This document shows, piece by piece, positions 28,346 to 36,628 of a DNA stretch of 36,628 nucleotides. The DNA comes from a virus. The stretch is taken from positions 1 through 36,628 of IMG/VR virus record IMGVR_UViG_3300020050_011359. One strand, written 5' to 3'. The translations under genes and the position numbers were made by a program. The notes below the pieces were generated by a model that made no database searches, was not told the DNA's origin, and saw nothing but the letters and a program-made list of their open reading frames with translations. The stretch's first letter is position 1. The number at the start of each line of letters is the position of its first letter.

Positions 28346-28608
28346 AAGTATATTGGGGCGAGATTCAAAAAACAGACAGTTGGGGTACCCTTCAAGATGT
28401 GAGAGAGAGAAAGCTTTTACCCTCAGAAAAAGAATACCACCTTCTCACCAACGAAGAACTAGAAGAAATAAAAAAGCAAGCAATAGCCGACTATGAGAAA
28501 GCTAGATGGGTTAATGTGATTAAAGTGGTAAAGGAACAAGTCTTTTACAACGGAGCAGAAGACCAAAGCATTGCCCCGAATAGCGAGATTACTTCTTCGG
28601 CAAAATAG
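28342..28608 (+). CDS. Hypothetical protein, 88 aa
   Basis: ATGA overlap with the upstream gene. The 3' end overlaps the convergent minus-strand gene by 20 nt. Confidence 0.55.
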   Translation: MKVYWGEIQKTDSWGTLQDVRERKLLPSEKEYHLLTNEELEEIKKQAIADYEKARWVNVIKVVKEQVFYNGAEDQSIAPNSEITSSAK

Positions 28609-28843
28609 AAGTTATCTCGCCTTTAGATCTTACACGTCCAAATATTCCAAACAATGTCCCTGCAATTCCGATATACGGTATAACATGCCCAGGAATGATT
28701 GCTAGAATATTCGGATCTTGAACAAGCTCCATAACAAGCGCAAAACCTGCAACTAGTGAGCCCCATATTGAGACAGAACTTACTGCGGATTTTCCTTCTT
28801 TAACCACTTCTGGTTTAATTATTGGTATTGTTTTTTTAGCCAT
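28589..28843 (-). CDS. Holin-like two-TM protein, 84 aa (last gene of the late operon)
   Basis: Two hydrophobic segments (SIWGSLVAGFALVMELV and ILAIIPGHVIPYIGIAGTLFGIFG) and a basic C-terminal tail. Its size and position fit a holin. Confidence 0.45.
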   Translation of the reverse strand: MAKKTIPIIKPEVVKEGKSAVSSVSIWGSLVAGFALVMELVQDPNILAIIPGHVIPYIGIAGTLFGIFGRVRSKGEITSILPKK

Positions 28844-28845
28844 AT

Positions 28846-29109
28846 TTATCTTCCTCTTTTTTCTTGTAATAAATGATCAACCTTCGTCTCAATTCTTTCA
28901 AGAAGTTTAGTCGACTGAAAGAATTGAGACTTTAAAACCATGATTTCTGACTCATGCATATTTAATTTTATTTTTGTTGTCTCGACATCGTCACTAATTC
29001 GTTTGACCTGCCAAGTGCTAACTGAAACAGCGAGCATGATGGCTGTCTTGATAAATAAATCTATCCAATGTTGAAGACGCATAATATCAGTGTTTTGATG
29101 GTTGTTCAT
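28846..29109 (-). CDS. Single-TM coiled-coil protein, 87 aa (lysis-associated?)
   Basis: One TM segment (LFIKTAIMLAVSVSTW) followed by a helical charged region. It is adjacent to the holin-like gene. ATGA overlap at 29106..29109. Confidence 0.35.
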   Translation of the reverse strand: MNNHQNTDIMRLQHWIDLFIKTAIMLAVSVSTWQVKRISDDVETTKIKLNMHESEIMVLKSQFFQSTKLLERIETKVDHLLQEKRGR

Positions 29110-29486
29110 GGTGTGTACGCTATATAAAAAATGGTTAGATAAATATCGGTTGTAAAAATATCAGCGTATAACCCCTCTCCTACGTTTGTTTCGCAGTAAC
29201 CAGAATCAACAATTGGCTTGAACTCATTATATCCTGTTGTGGCTGCTGGTACGTCGACAACATTGGTTATTGCTGTTCCACCTGATGCAGACTTAAGAAA
29301 GAATGATCCAACTGCTCCCGCTGTTGATACGTTCCACCCCATTACACGGATTATTTTTCCAGTGATTGCAGCCAAGACAAGCTTGTTTGTTCCAACCACA
29401 CAAGTAGCGACGGCAGGAAGTATCTTTAATGCCTCGCCATTAATTTGATACTTTTTAACTGGATCAACCATGAAAAAATCTGTCAT
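29106..29486 (-). CDS. Small beta-rich virion protein, 126 aa (hypothetical)
   Basis: ORF 1 nt downstream of the 882-aa gene stop. Its composition is similar to the 104-aa and 127-aa proteins. Confidence 0.6.
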   Translation of the reverse strand: MTDFFMVDPVKKYQINGEALKILPAVATCVVGTNKLVLAAITGKIIRVMGWNVSTAGAVGSFFLKSASGGTAITNVVDVPAATTGYNEFKPIVDSGYCETNVGEGLYADIFTTDIYLTIFYIAYTP

Positions 29487-29487
29487 A

Positions 29488-32136
29488 TTAAACCATCATT
29501 AGTTTTTGAGTGTAGATTTTACGAAATTTGGGTAAAACTTTTGTTTCCAAATAATCAACTTGTGATTGTTCTGTGTCGTTTAAAGATTTACCTAATGCAA
29601 GCTTTTTAAATACTGGCGCTCCCAAATAATGCAGACTGTACAATGCTTCTGCATCGTTTGGATTATATCCTAGATTAGACAATACATTTTGATTTTCTTC
29701 TTTTAATTTAAGGTATCCTTTATAGTTATCTGCTAAATCAAATACATCTTTTACACCAAGATTAGACGCTGTTTTCTTTAGTAATTGAAATCCGCCAGAT
29801 GCTGACGAATCTGGATTTTTTGCATTTGGATTTCGACTTGATTCTATTTCGTAAATCGTTGAGTCAATTGGATCTGAATCAATTAGATTTTCAACTGCTC
29901 TTACTCTTTTTGTTTTATCAGTTGGTAATACATCAAGTTTTATATCTTCTGGTTTTGGCATATCTTCCTTTTGTATGTCTGATAATGATAAATCTTCTCC
30001 TGGCAGTAATTGGTCTGATTCTGTAGGTGTAACTAATTGTGACAGTGCTGTATCTAATGGTTGAGCAGGTGCTTTTGATTCTGGAATGCTTGCAACAAGA
30101 CCAAGAAGGCCGGCTTTATTGATTGCATTTCTTATCGGATCGCTACTTATAAGTTTTGTTGCTGTTGGTTTATTTGCAGCAATTAATGATTGTTGTAATC
30201 TTCTTGGATCTTGTAATGCTGAAAATAAAGCATCTTGAACAAGATTGCCAGATTTTTCCCTTGCGGCTTTAATAGTATAATTTCCAATAACTGCAGGGAT
30301 ACCAATTAATGGATTATAGAACGCTGCTCCATATCCTGCGCCCTTAATTAACTCAGTCCATAAACCTTGTTTCTTAACTGCTTCTTTACCTGTTAAAGCT
30401 CTCTCAACAACATCTGAAAGTTTTAATGCTGTGTTAGATCCCCTAGTTACATTGGCAAGGTTTGAAGTATTTATTCTTGACGAGATACTATCTTTAATTG
30501 ATTTTAAATAAGCAAAATCTTCTTTGGGTAATAAAGCTTTAAGCTGGGAATTATTCTTTTTAAAAAAATTAAGCTTTTGAGCATCGCTCATTTTTGAAAG
30601 ATCTGCGGCTAATTGATCTTTAATTGGATTAATAGCCTCTGGATAAATATCAACTATTTTTTTAAAACTTGACGTACTTTCTGGAGATTTTAAAATTAAA
30701 TTTTGTATTGATGAACCATCAACTTTACTAATTCTATTAGTAGTTTTATTTTTAAAAACTTCAGCATATTTTTTATATGCTTCATTTGCAGTCCGCCATT
30801 CCGTTGCACCTTCTGGTGCCTTATCAATTACTTCTGCAATTTTATTTTTTATTGTAGTTGCAAAAGCAAGCTTGGTGTCATCGCCAGCTCGTTGTGCAAC
30901 ATTAGCCTCTGAGCCTGCGCGAGATCTTAATCTTTGAAGCTCTTGAATTGTTAATTCATTTTTATTTGATTTATTTGTAATATATTCAAAAATATTATTT
31001 AATTCTTTTGGAACATCAATTGCTCCTTTTCCGTATAATGCAACTTTAGCATCTTGAATTGATTTTTTTAAAGGGTAAATCTTAACAGTTTGATCCTTTG
31101 GGATAGCTTCATAAAGCGCAGAAACTTTTTTCTTTTCTGCAGCTTTTAATTTTTGAAAAATATCTTGTATTTCTGATCCAGTATTTTCAGGAACACTATC
31201 TAATTTCTTAGATATCTGACTGAGTATAAAATCTTGTCCCTCTGTTTTCTTATTTGCAAAGTTTGCATACTCCATTGCTTTGGCTGGAGTTTGTGCCATT
31301 CTTTGTTCTAAGATTGCAAGCTCTGGGGATTGTAAAACTTCGGCACTTGTCCGCATTTGACCAAGCGGGTCTTTATTTGTTTCTCTGATAATTTTTTTTA
31401 AGTCTTGAGTCCCAACATAAGGCGCAAGGGTTTCACCAACTTTTGCCTCTGCTTCTGCAACTGTTTGCGGACCTATGATTTTATTATATCCAGATTTTGC
31501 TAGGTTAACCGTCCCTGCAATTCCCTCGCCTAATAATCCGGCTCCCGCGCCAAACAAAGCACCAATTGGGGCTGCTTCACTGGCTGCATTAAGCCGAGTC
31601 ATTAAATCGCCGTCTGTTGACAATCCTGCTTGTAACTCGCTTAATCCTGCGCCTATTGCAGCGTTTTGCCCTGTTTTTGATAATAATCCTGCAATGCCTG
31701 TTTTATTTGTTTTTACGCCTGGAAGTGGCATTCTAAGAGAAGCAGCAAGCCCGACAGCCTTCGAAGCTGTTGAAGCATCTGGAAGCTGTTCTTCTAAGGC
31801 TTGCGCTGCTAATTGAGACTGTGCTTTTCTTGAATCGTAAAGCTCTCCTATGCTTTTTTTTTCTGGATTTGAAAACAAGTAATCAATTGCAGCATTACCA
31901 CCACCAATAATTTCATCAGCGCCTCCTAATGTCATGTAATCAAGAATATTTCTTGCAGTTGCTCCGATTACTGCTGGTCTAAATTTAGTTAGCCCCTCAC
32001 CCCCAATGTTTGTTGCTTCAAGTGATGGTGTAGTAAGTTGGCTGTCATAAAGTGCGCCAGCTTCTTCAGCGGTGAGCCCCAAAGAGGATCCGCCTATTTG
32101 ACTATCGTATAATGCGCCAGCTTCTTCAGGTGTCAT
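29488..32136 (-). CDS. Internal virion/ejection protein with a C-terminal lytic transglycosylase (SLT) domain, 882 aa
   Basis: The C-terminal IYEIESSRNPNAKNPDSSASGGFQLL...LHYLGAP fits the SLT motif E-S-x3-P-x-A-x(n)-S-x-x-G-x-x-Q. The central region is long and helical. The N-terminus has a 20-aa tandem duplication (EEAGALYDSQ twice). Confidence 0.7.
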   Translation of the reverse strand: MTPEEAGALYDSQIGGSSLGLTAEEAGALYDSQLTTPSLEATNIGGEGLTKFRPAVIGATARNILDYMTLGGADEIIGGGNAAIDYLFSNPEKKSIGELYDSRKAQSQLAAQALEEQLPDASTASKAVGLAASLRMPLPGVKTNKTGIAGLLSKTGQNAAIGAGLSELQAGLSTDGDLMTRLNAASEAAPIGALFGAGAGLLGEGIAGTVNLAKSGYNKIIGPQTVAEAEAKVGETLAPYVGTQDLKKIIRETNKDPLGQMRTSAEVLQSPELAILEQRMAQTPAKAMEYANFANKKTEGQDFILSQISKKLDSVPENTGSEIQDIFQKLKAAEKKKVSALYEAIPKDQTVKIYPLKKSIQDAKVALYGKGAIDVPKELNNIFEYITNKSNKNELTIQELQRLRSRAGSEANVAQRAGDDTKLAFATTIKNKIAEVIDKAPEGATEWRTANEAYKKYAEVFKNKTTNRISKVDGSSIQNLILKSPESTSSFKKIVDIYPEAINPIKDQLAADLSKMSDAQKLNFFKKNNSQLKALLPKEDFAYLKSIKDSISSRINTSNLANVTRGSNTALKLSDVVERALTGKEAVKKQGLWTELIKGAGYGAAFYNPLIGIPAVIGNYTIKAAREKSGNLVQDALFSALQDPRRLQQSLIAANKPTATKLISSDPIRNAINKAGLLGLVASIPESKAPAQPLDTALSQLVTPTESDQLLPGEDLSLSDIQKEDMPKPEDIKLDVLPTDKTKRVRAVENLIDSDPIDSTIYEIESSRNPNAKNPDSSASGGFQLLKKTASNLGVKDVFDLADNYKGYLKLKEENQNVLSNLGYNPNDAEALYSLHYLGAPVFKKLALGKSLNDTEQSQVDYLETKVLPKFRKIYTQKLMMV

Positions 32137-33374
32137 CTTGTTGCTACCCTTGCTATAAATTGTTCTCTTGTTTCACCTGGTAATATTTTGGGAATACCTT
32201 GCGAGGCATTTCTACCTAAATCAACTTTATTGTTTCCAATAGCTGGCTCACCAAGTAATGTAATATTTGCTCTGTTCCCACCTTGCTTTTCGAGTGTATC
32301 AAGTAGCGAGTTTGCATAAGTTCTATAAGTAGCAGATCCAGCTCTTGCTAGCTCAGGAACTAATGCACGAATATTCTCTTTTGATTGTTGAGATAGTTTA
32401 CCTTTTCCTTTTAATTCTGAAAGATAACTATTAAAGGCATTTACAGGGCTACCAGGAGCAGCAAATATTTGAAACTCTCCTTCTCTTACAGTACTTGCAG
32501 GATCTAAAACTTTTGCAAGTGAATAAATTGCTGCAGCTGTGGCACTTGGTGAACTTTGATTTAATGAGGAATTAAGATTTTCTAGTTGCTGAGTAAGTTT
32601 CCCATAATCTTTTGCTTGTTGTGAGTTTGATATTTCCTTTGCAAAAGTTACCTCTAAATCACGTTGATTTTTTATATCATTAGTCGCTAAGGCTGTTGCT
32701 TCTGAATCATTGTAACCAGCATTAATATATTCATCAACTTTATTTTGTAAAGTTGAAAGCGTTGATTTTGTTGCTCCAAGTGCTGCAGGTACTTTTACTT
32801 CTGGTAATGCTGCAACTGTGCTTGATGGTGATGGTGTTCCAGTGCTTACAGTTGGATCAATTCCTGTAGGTGTAATCCCTAAAAGTTTATCTCTTTGTGC
32901 AAGTATTCTATCTGCGCTTCTTGGATTTTTTAATGCTTCCCCAGCTGCTGCTGCTTGTATATTTGCCGCTACTTGTCTGTTAGCGTCAATTGCGTCTTGC
33001 TCGTTTTTTAATCCTTGTTGAAGCTTAAATAATCCTGCGCTTGATTTTGCTTGATTAAATAATGAGGGCTGAATGTCAAACTCATTATCAGTTTTGCCGA
33101 GCAATAAATTGCCTGCAGTTTTAGTGTACCTATCAGTTAAATCATTCTGATATCTATCCCCATAACCTTTCAAAGCCCCACCAAGTAGACCGCTAACAAG
33201 TGAGCCGACTAACACATCACGAGGTTTAAACTTGCCACTTGCGCCAGCTTGTTGAAAAAGTGAAGCTGCAGTATCAGGAACTGATTGTAAATTATAATAA
33301 ACATTCTCCTTAGCAATAGCATCTTGTGCTTGCTTGCCAAGTAATTGCGCTGCAAAATCTTCCATGAAGCCCAT
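32133..33374 (-). CDS. Internal virion/ejection-module protein, 413 aa
   Basis: Ala/Gln/Leu-rich ORF. The ATG at 33374 is preceded by agaggt. ATGA overlap with the downstream SLT gene. Confidence 0.6.
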   Translation of the reverse strand: MGFMEDFAAQLLGKQAQDAIAKENVYYNLQSVPDTAASLFQQAGASGKFKPRDVLVGSLVSGLLGGALKGYGDRYQNDLTDRYTKTAGNLLLGKTDNEFDIQPSLFNQAKSSAGLFKLQQGLKNEQDAIDANRQVAANIQAAAAGEALKNPRSADRILAQRDKLLGITPTGIDPTVSTGTPSPSSTVAALPEVKVPAALGATKSTLSTLQNKVDEYINAGYNDSEATALATNDIKNQRDLEVTFAKEISNSQQAKDYGKLTQQLENLNSSLNQSSPSATAAAIYSLAKVLDPASTVREGEFQIFAAPGSPVNAFNSYLSELKGKGKLSQQSKENIRALVPELARAGSATYRTYANSLLDTLEKQGGNRANITLLGEPAIGNNKVDLGRNASQGIPKILPGETREQFIARVATR

Positions 33375-33383
33375 AAAATACCT

Positions 33384-34382
33384 CTATCCAAATACGCTTG
33401 CAGTTGTGCTCGTTGAGTTAGTTGCTCCACCACCGCCTCCGCCACCAGATTTAGAAATCTGTAAGCGTTGGTTTGCAAGCTGTTTAAAAGCTGCATCAGC
33501 TGCAGTTGGTGAACCGTAATTAAGCTGTGTGCCTTGAAATTGTGTATAATTAGGATTTTGCAACCCTGCCCCAAAGTTAGCTAATTGACCGCTTTCATTT
33601 AACTGTTGATTGCGTTGCCCTGATTGAAGCGTAAAATCATTAGCACGTTGTGTTTCATTAATTCCTACATTTCTTGAATATTCATCCCCACCAGATACAA
33701 CCGCACTATTCATTGCGTCAGCTCTGATATTGTCGTATCTGTCGTTAAAGTCTTTCATTTGTTGCTGATACTGAGAATTAGGATCGTTACTATATGGGAT
33801 TCCTCTGTTTGCTAGCTGTTGCTCTACGTCTTGTTTTTCTAGTCCTTGACGATAATCAAGATTTTTAGTCAAACGCTTGTATACTGCATCTTCTACTTTT
33901 GCTCTATTTGCTTCTAGGCTATCAGCTCCATATCTTGCCATTAGATTTGGATTAAACGCAGTACCAAGCTGAGAGCCTTGCAAGTTGCCCTTTGCTAAAT
34001 CACGCCCCATATTTGAAAGTGCGTCATTAGAATCGGCAATGCCTTGTTGACCTTTTGATAATCCAGTTGTGACAGTTGGACGTCCTTGTTCATCATAAGT
34101 TACAGTTTGTGAACCAAACGGATTAACCTGATTTGGGTTATTGATTTGTAAATTATCCTGCGCTTGTTGTTGTTGTACTGCTCTTTCTGCCTCTGTTGCT
34201 TGAGAAGCATTATTAATCTGTGTACCAGGTTTTAGGATTGGTGTTTGACCTTTACTACCGCTACGCCCATCACCGCTTGATGCTGGTGCTGATTTATTTG
34301 GGTTGGTTGTACTTTTAACCGTTTTACCTGTTTGAGTATCTCTATATAAACCACTTGAAAGGTATGTATATCTATCTGCCAT
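33384..34382 (-). CDS. Gln/Asn-rich internal virion-module protein, 332 aa
   Basis: ORF 1 nt after the upstream stop. Q/N/G-rich, with a Gly7 run near the C-terminus (SKSGGGGGGGATN). Confidence 0.6.
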   Translation of the reverse strand: MADRYTYLSSGLYRDTQTGKTVKSTTNPNKSAPASSGDGRSGSKGQTPILKPGTQINNASQATEAERAVQQQQAQDNLQINNPNQVNPFGSQTVTYDEQGRPTVTTGLSKGQQGIADSNDALSNMGRDLAKGNLQGSQLGTAFNPNLMARYGADSLEANRAKVEDAVYKRLTKNLDYRQGLEKQDVEQQLANRGIPYSNDPNSQYQQQMKDFNDRYDNIRADAMNSAVVSGGDEYSRNVGINETQRANDFTLQSGQRNQQLNESGQLANFGAGLQNPNYTQFQGTQLNYGSPTAADAAFKQLANQRLQISKSGGGGGGGATNSTSTTASVFG

Positions 34383-34383
34383 A

Positions 34384-35853
34384 TTATTTCCCTACTGCCA
34401 TTAATCCTTTTGGTACTACCACCACTTTTTTATCTGGAACAATTACCGGAGCGACTACCGGTAATTGTTTATTTATTTCATCAGCTCTTTTTTTATCAAC
34501 ATATACCCCAGGCGAAACACGATATTTACCATTTGACTGTAATGTTGCCCTAGGTTGTTGTGCTGCAGCAATGCCAGATTCAGGAAGAAGCGAATTAATA
34601 TTATTTATTAAGTCCTGTTCTGATTTTGCATTTGAAAGAGCCGCATTTGAATAGTAGCCAGTCCAATCTTGAACCATTTTAGGGGATGCTTTTTCCCCTA
34701 AAATTGCTTGTATTCGTGGTTTTAATAGCTCAACGGATCGCCCTCCCAAGCTATTTGAAAAATCAACATCGAAATAGTTTCTCTTGGTTTTGCCATCAGC
34801 ATTTTGAAGCTTTGCGCCTCCGTCCAACCCTATATTAAACTTTGATCCGTCTGCTAAAGTAACAAAATGTGACCCTTCTATTTTTTGAGCTAATCCTAAT
34901 TTTTCTAATCCTTTTCTAATTTTATCCCTTTGCATTTGTTCTTTGCCCTTGGAAGATCCAGTAAGCGCTCCGGCTAGACCGGCTAGTCCACCAATCCCCG
35001 CACCAATTAAAGCCCCTGGAATTGCGCCAACTCCCCCGAACATTGCCCCAACACCTGCCCCAAGAGCTGCCCCTGATGATGCTCCTTGGATTGTTCCTTG
35101 TGAATTTCTCTTGCCCGATGCTGCAGCATCCCCAAGGTATTTGGCTGTTTGGAATCCTCCATAAAGTCCGGCTGCTATGTTAGCCCCTGGAACGACAGTC
35201 GCTGCTGTTTGGCTTCCTGCTGCTGTTCCTACGTTAGCAAGTCCGGCTGTGCTATTAATAGTTCCGCCTACTTTATCACCATTTTGAAATTGATTTATTC
35301 CTTGTCCTAGTTGCAATAATCCGCCCACTCCTTGAACATATTGCCCTGTGGTTGTCCCTGGTGCTTGAACGCTTCCATCGCTCATTAACACTGATCCATC
35401 CATTTTAGTTTGAATTGGAGTAACTGCTATTCTATTTGTCCCAACTATTTGAGGTGTTGGCAAGCTTGCCGATCCTGCTCCTGTGCCTAAAAGCCCCGAT
35501 GGTTGAGGTGTTCCCCCAGATGGAACGCTGTTAGGAACCGATGGGGTTGGCGTTCCTCCTTCAAATAAACTAGGAATTTTTAGACCTAAAGCCTTTCCAC
35601 CTTCAAGCGCAAGCCCTGCGCCTGCTATTGTTCCGACTGTACCTAATAAGCTTGGATCTCCTGCTGGTTTTTTACCAACACCTGCTTCATACATTTCTTG
35701 CTCTGTACGTGGCTTATCGTAATGGTCAGTATATGGATTATAAATATATCCAGGTTGCTCGCCCCATTTAGCATAGTTAGGCCCAGGGCGTATTTTGTAT
35801 TTAGCTGGGTTTTGAACCCCTGGTTGTGCTGAATCTTCGTATCTATATGCCAT
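34384..35853 (-). CDS. Gly-rich membrane-active internal virion protein, 489 aa (glycine-zipper segment)
   Basis: I prefer the ATG at 35853 (TAATG overlap with the upstream stop) over the track's TTG at 35865. GAALGAGVGAMFGGVGAIPGALIGAGIGGLAGLAGALTG (34954..35085) is a glycine-zipper TM-like segment. Confidence 0.6.
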   Translation of the reverse strand: MAYRYEDSAQPGVQNPAKYKIRPGPNYAKWGEQPGYIYNPYTDHYDKPRTEQEMYEAGVGKKPAGDPSLLGTVGTIAGAGLALEGGKALGLKIPSLFEGGTPTPSVPNSVPSGGTPQPSGLLGTGAGSASLPTPQIVGTNRIAVTPIQTKMDGSVLMSDGSVQAPGTTTGQYVQGVGGLLQLGQGINQFQNGDKVGGTINSTAGLANVGTAAGSQTAATVVPGANIAAGLYGGFQTAKYLGDAAASGKRNSQGTIQGASSGAALGAGVGAMFGGVGAIPGALIGAGIGGLAGLAGALTGSSKGKEQMQRDKIRKGLEKLGLAQKIEGSHFVTLADGSKFNIGLDGGAKLQNADGKTKRNYFDVDFSNSLGGRSVELLKPRIQAILGEKASPKMVQDWTGYYSNAALSNAKSEQDLINNINSLLPESGIAAAQQPRATLQSNGKYRVSPGVYVDKKRADEINKQLPVVAPVIVPDKKVVVVPKGLMAVGK

Positions 35854-36628
35854 TAGTAACTCCAACCTCCCAAAGTAGCCGGTCTAAATCGTGGCCCCCA
35901 TGTTCCATATCTTGTCAAACTTCCTCTATTAGTCCCCTTCCATCTGTTAACCGACTGTTCAATTCTTGATAAAAATTCATTCACGAAATCTGCATAACCA
36001 TCATATCTTTTGACCTCGTACCATCTCGCCTTAAGTCCAAGAATTACTAAGTCATCATCAAACATGCATAAGTCTGTATTTGCTAACATTGTTTCATATG
36101 GTTCATCGTAAAGTGTCCAGGTAACTGTACCATCAACTCCCGCCCCTGTTGGTGGTGTTGTTGAGGTTGTTCCGCCTGCAGTTGTAAAAAGATTTACGCC
36201 GTTTACATTTCTATATGAAGATGCAGCAATAACAGTTGATGGTGTCCAGTTAGGTGGTAAGAAAAGATTTTTAGTAATGTATTGATACGTTCCAATTTGG
36301 TCTTTTGGTAATGCAGGATTAACATTAAATTGTCCGCCTGCAGTATTTGGATTTGCATCACTACCAAATATTCTAAATGCTGTAATATAGCTGCTCGATG
36401 CAATCACATTCAATCTATACGCAAAATCTGCGTCACTTCCATTATAAAGTGGAAGGTGAGTTGTTGAATTATATTCAGTATCAAGAAGTGGTGAATAGAA
36501 ATCTTTCGGCAATGGATACGATGTTCTTGAGCTAGAAGTTGACGTAAATTGATACGTTTTCTTTTGTTGTGGAAAACACCTAGCTTGTCTTAATTCTTCG
36601 CATACTTGGATAAGTAAATGTTTTACTT
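35853..36628 (-). CDS. 3' part (C-terminal ~258 aa) of the wrap-around 293-aa virion gene; the 5' end is at 227..122 across the junction
   Basis: See feature 1..227. The frame is open to the window end. The track's TTG at 36512 is internal. Confidence 0.7.
   Translation of the reverse strand, partial: VKHLLIQVCEELRQARCFPQQKKTYQFTSTSSSRTSYPLPKDFYSPLLDTEYNSTTHLPLYNGSDADFAYRLNVIASSSYITAFRIFGSDANPNTAGGQFNVNPALPKDQIGTYQYITKNLFLPPNWTPSTVIAASSYRNVNGVNLFTTAGGTTSTTPPTGAGVDGTVTWTLYDEPYETMLANTDLCMFDDDLVILGLKARWYEVKRYDGYADFVNEFLSRIEQSVNRWKGTNRGSLTRYGTWGPRFRPATLGGWSY
36508..36628. repeat. Terminal direct repeat, right copy (identical to 1..121)
   Basis: 121/121 identity, read directly. Confidence 0.95.

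Overview
The window is a complete, AT-rich tailed-phage genome, linearised inside a gene. Bases 1..121 are identical to 36508..36628, so the unique circle is 36,507 bp. One long minus-strand late operon runs from 15128 down to 227, wraps through the window ends, and continues from 36628 down to 28589. Its genes are tightly coupled, mostly by TAATG or ATGA overlaps. In order it encodes two small proteins, TerS, TerL, a portal with a long coiled-coil tail, a fiber-like protein, scaffold, major capsid protein, decoration-like and small beta-rich proteins, a 522-aa tail protein, a 293-aa wrap-around protein, four Gly/Gln/Asn-rich ejection-type proteins (one with a C-terminal lytic transglycosylase motif) and two small membrane (holin-like) proteins. 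I recognised no tape measure, sheath or tube, so the virion looks podovirus-like; this is tentative. The rest of the genome has four parts. (1) A divergent control region with a ribbon-helix-helix gene (15129..15770). (2) An origin-like iteron, AT-rich and cruciform block (15821..16110). (3) A minus-strand replication operon: Cro-like HTH plus a DUF3987/SF3-like ATPase. (4) A plus-strand early/accessory arm (17897..28608) carrying a Sak4-like ATPase, an SSB-like protein with a DDIPF tail, two paralogous HNH/Zn-ribbon proteins, a VRR-NUC nuclease, an XRE regulator and many small Cys-rich, membrane or secreted proteins. No integrase, DNA polymerase or classical endolysin was recognised. The most unusual signals are listed here. 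(a) A conserved hairpin-containing intergenic motif occurs three times; two copies sit directly upstream of about 75-nt cloverleaf RNAs, one of them a tRNA-like gene with canonical acceptor, D and T arms but a shortened anticodon arm. (b) An early ORF flanked by 18-bp direct repeats has a C-terminus that copies an internal peptide of the phage's own major capsid protein. (c) A 24 x 12-nt in-frame tandem repeat encodes an [A/D]-S-V-[W/G/R] tetrapeptide array. (d) An opposite-strand lipoprotein plus membrane-protein moron. All functional calls come from motif recognition by eye, and no database search was run.
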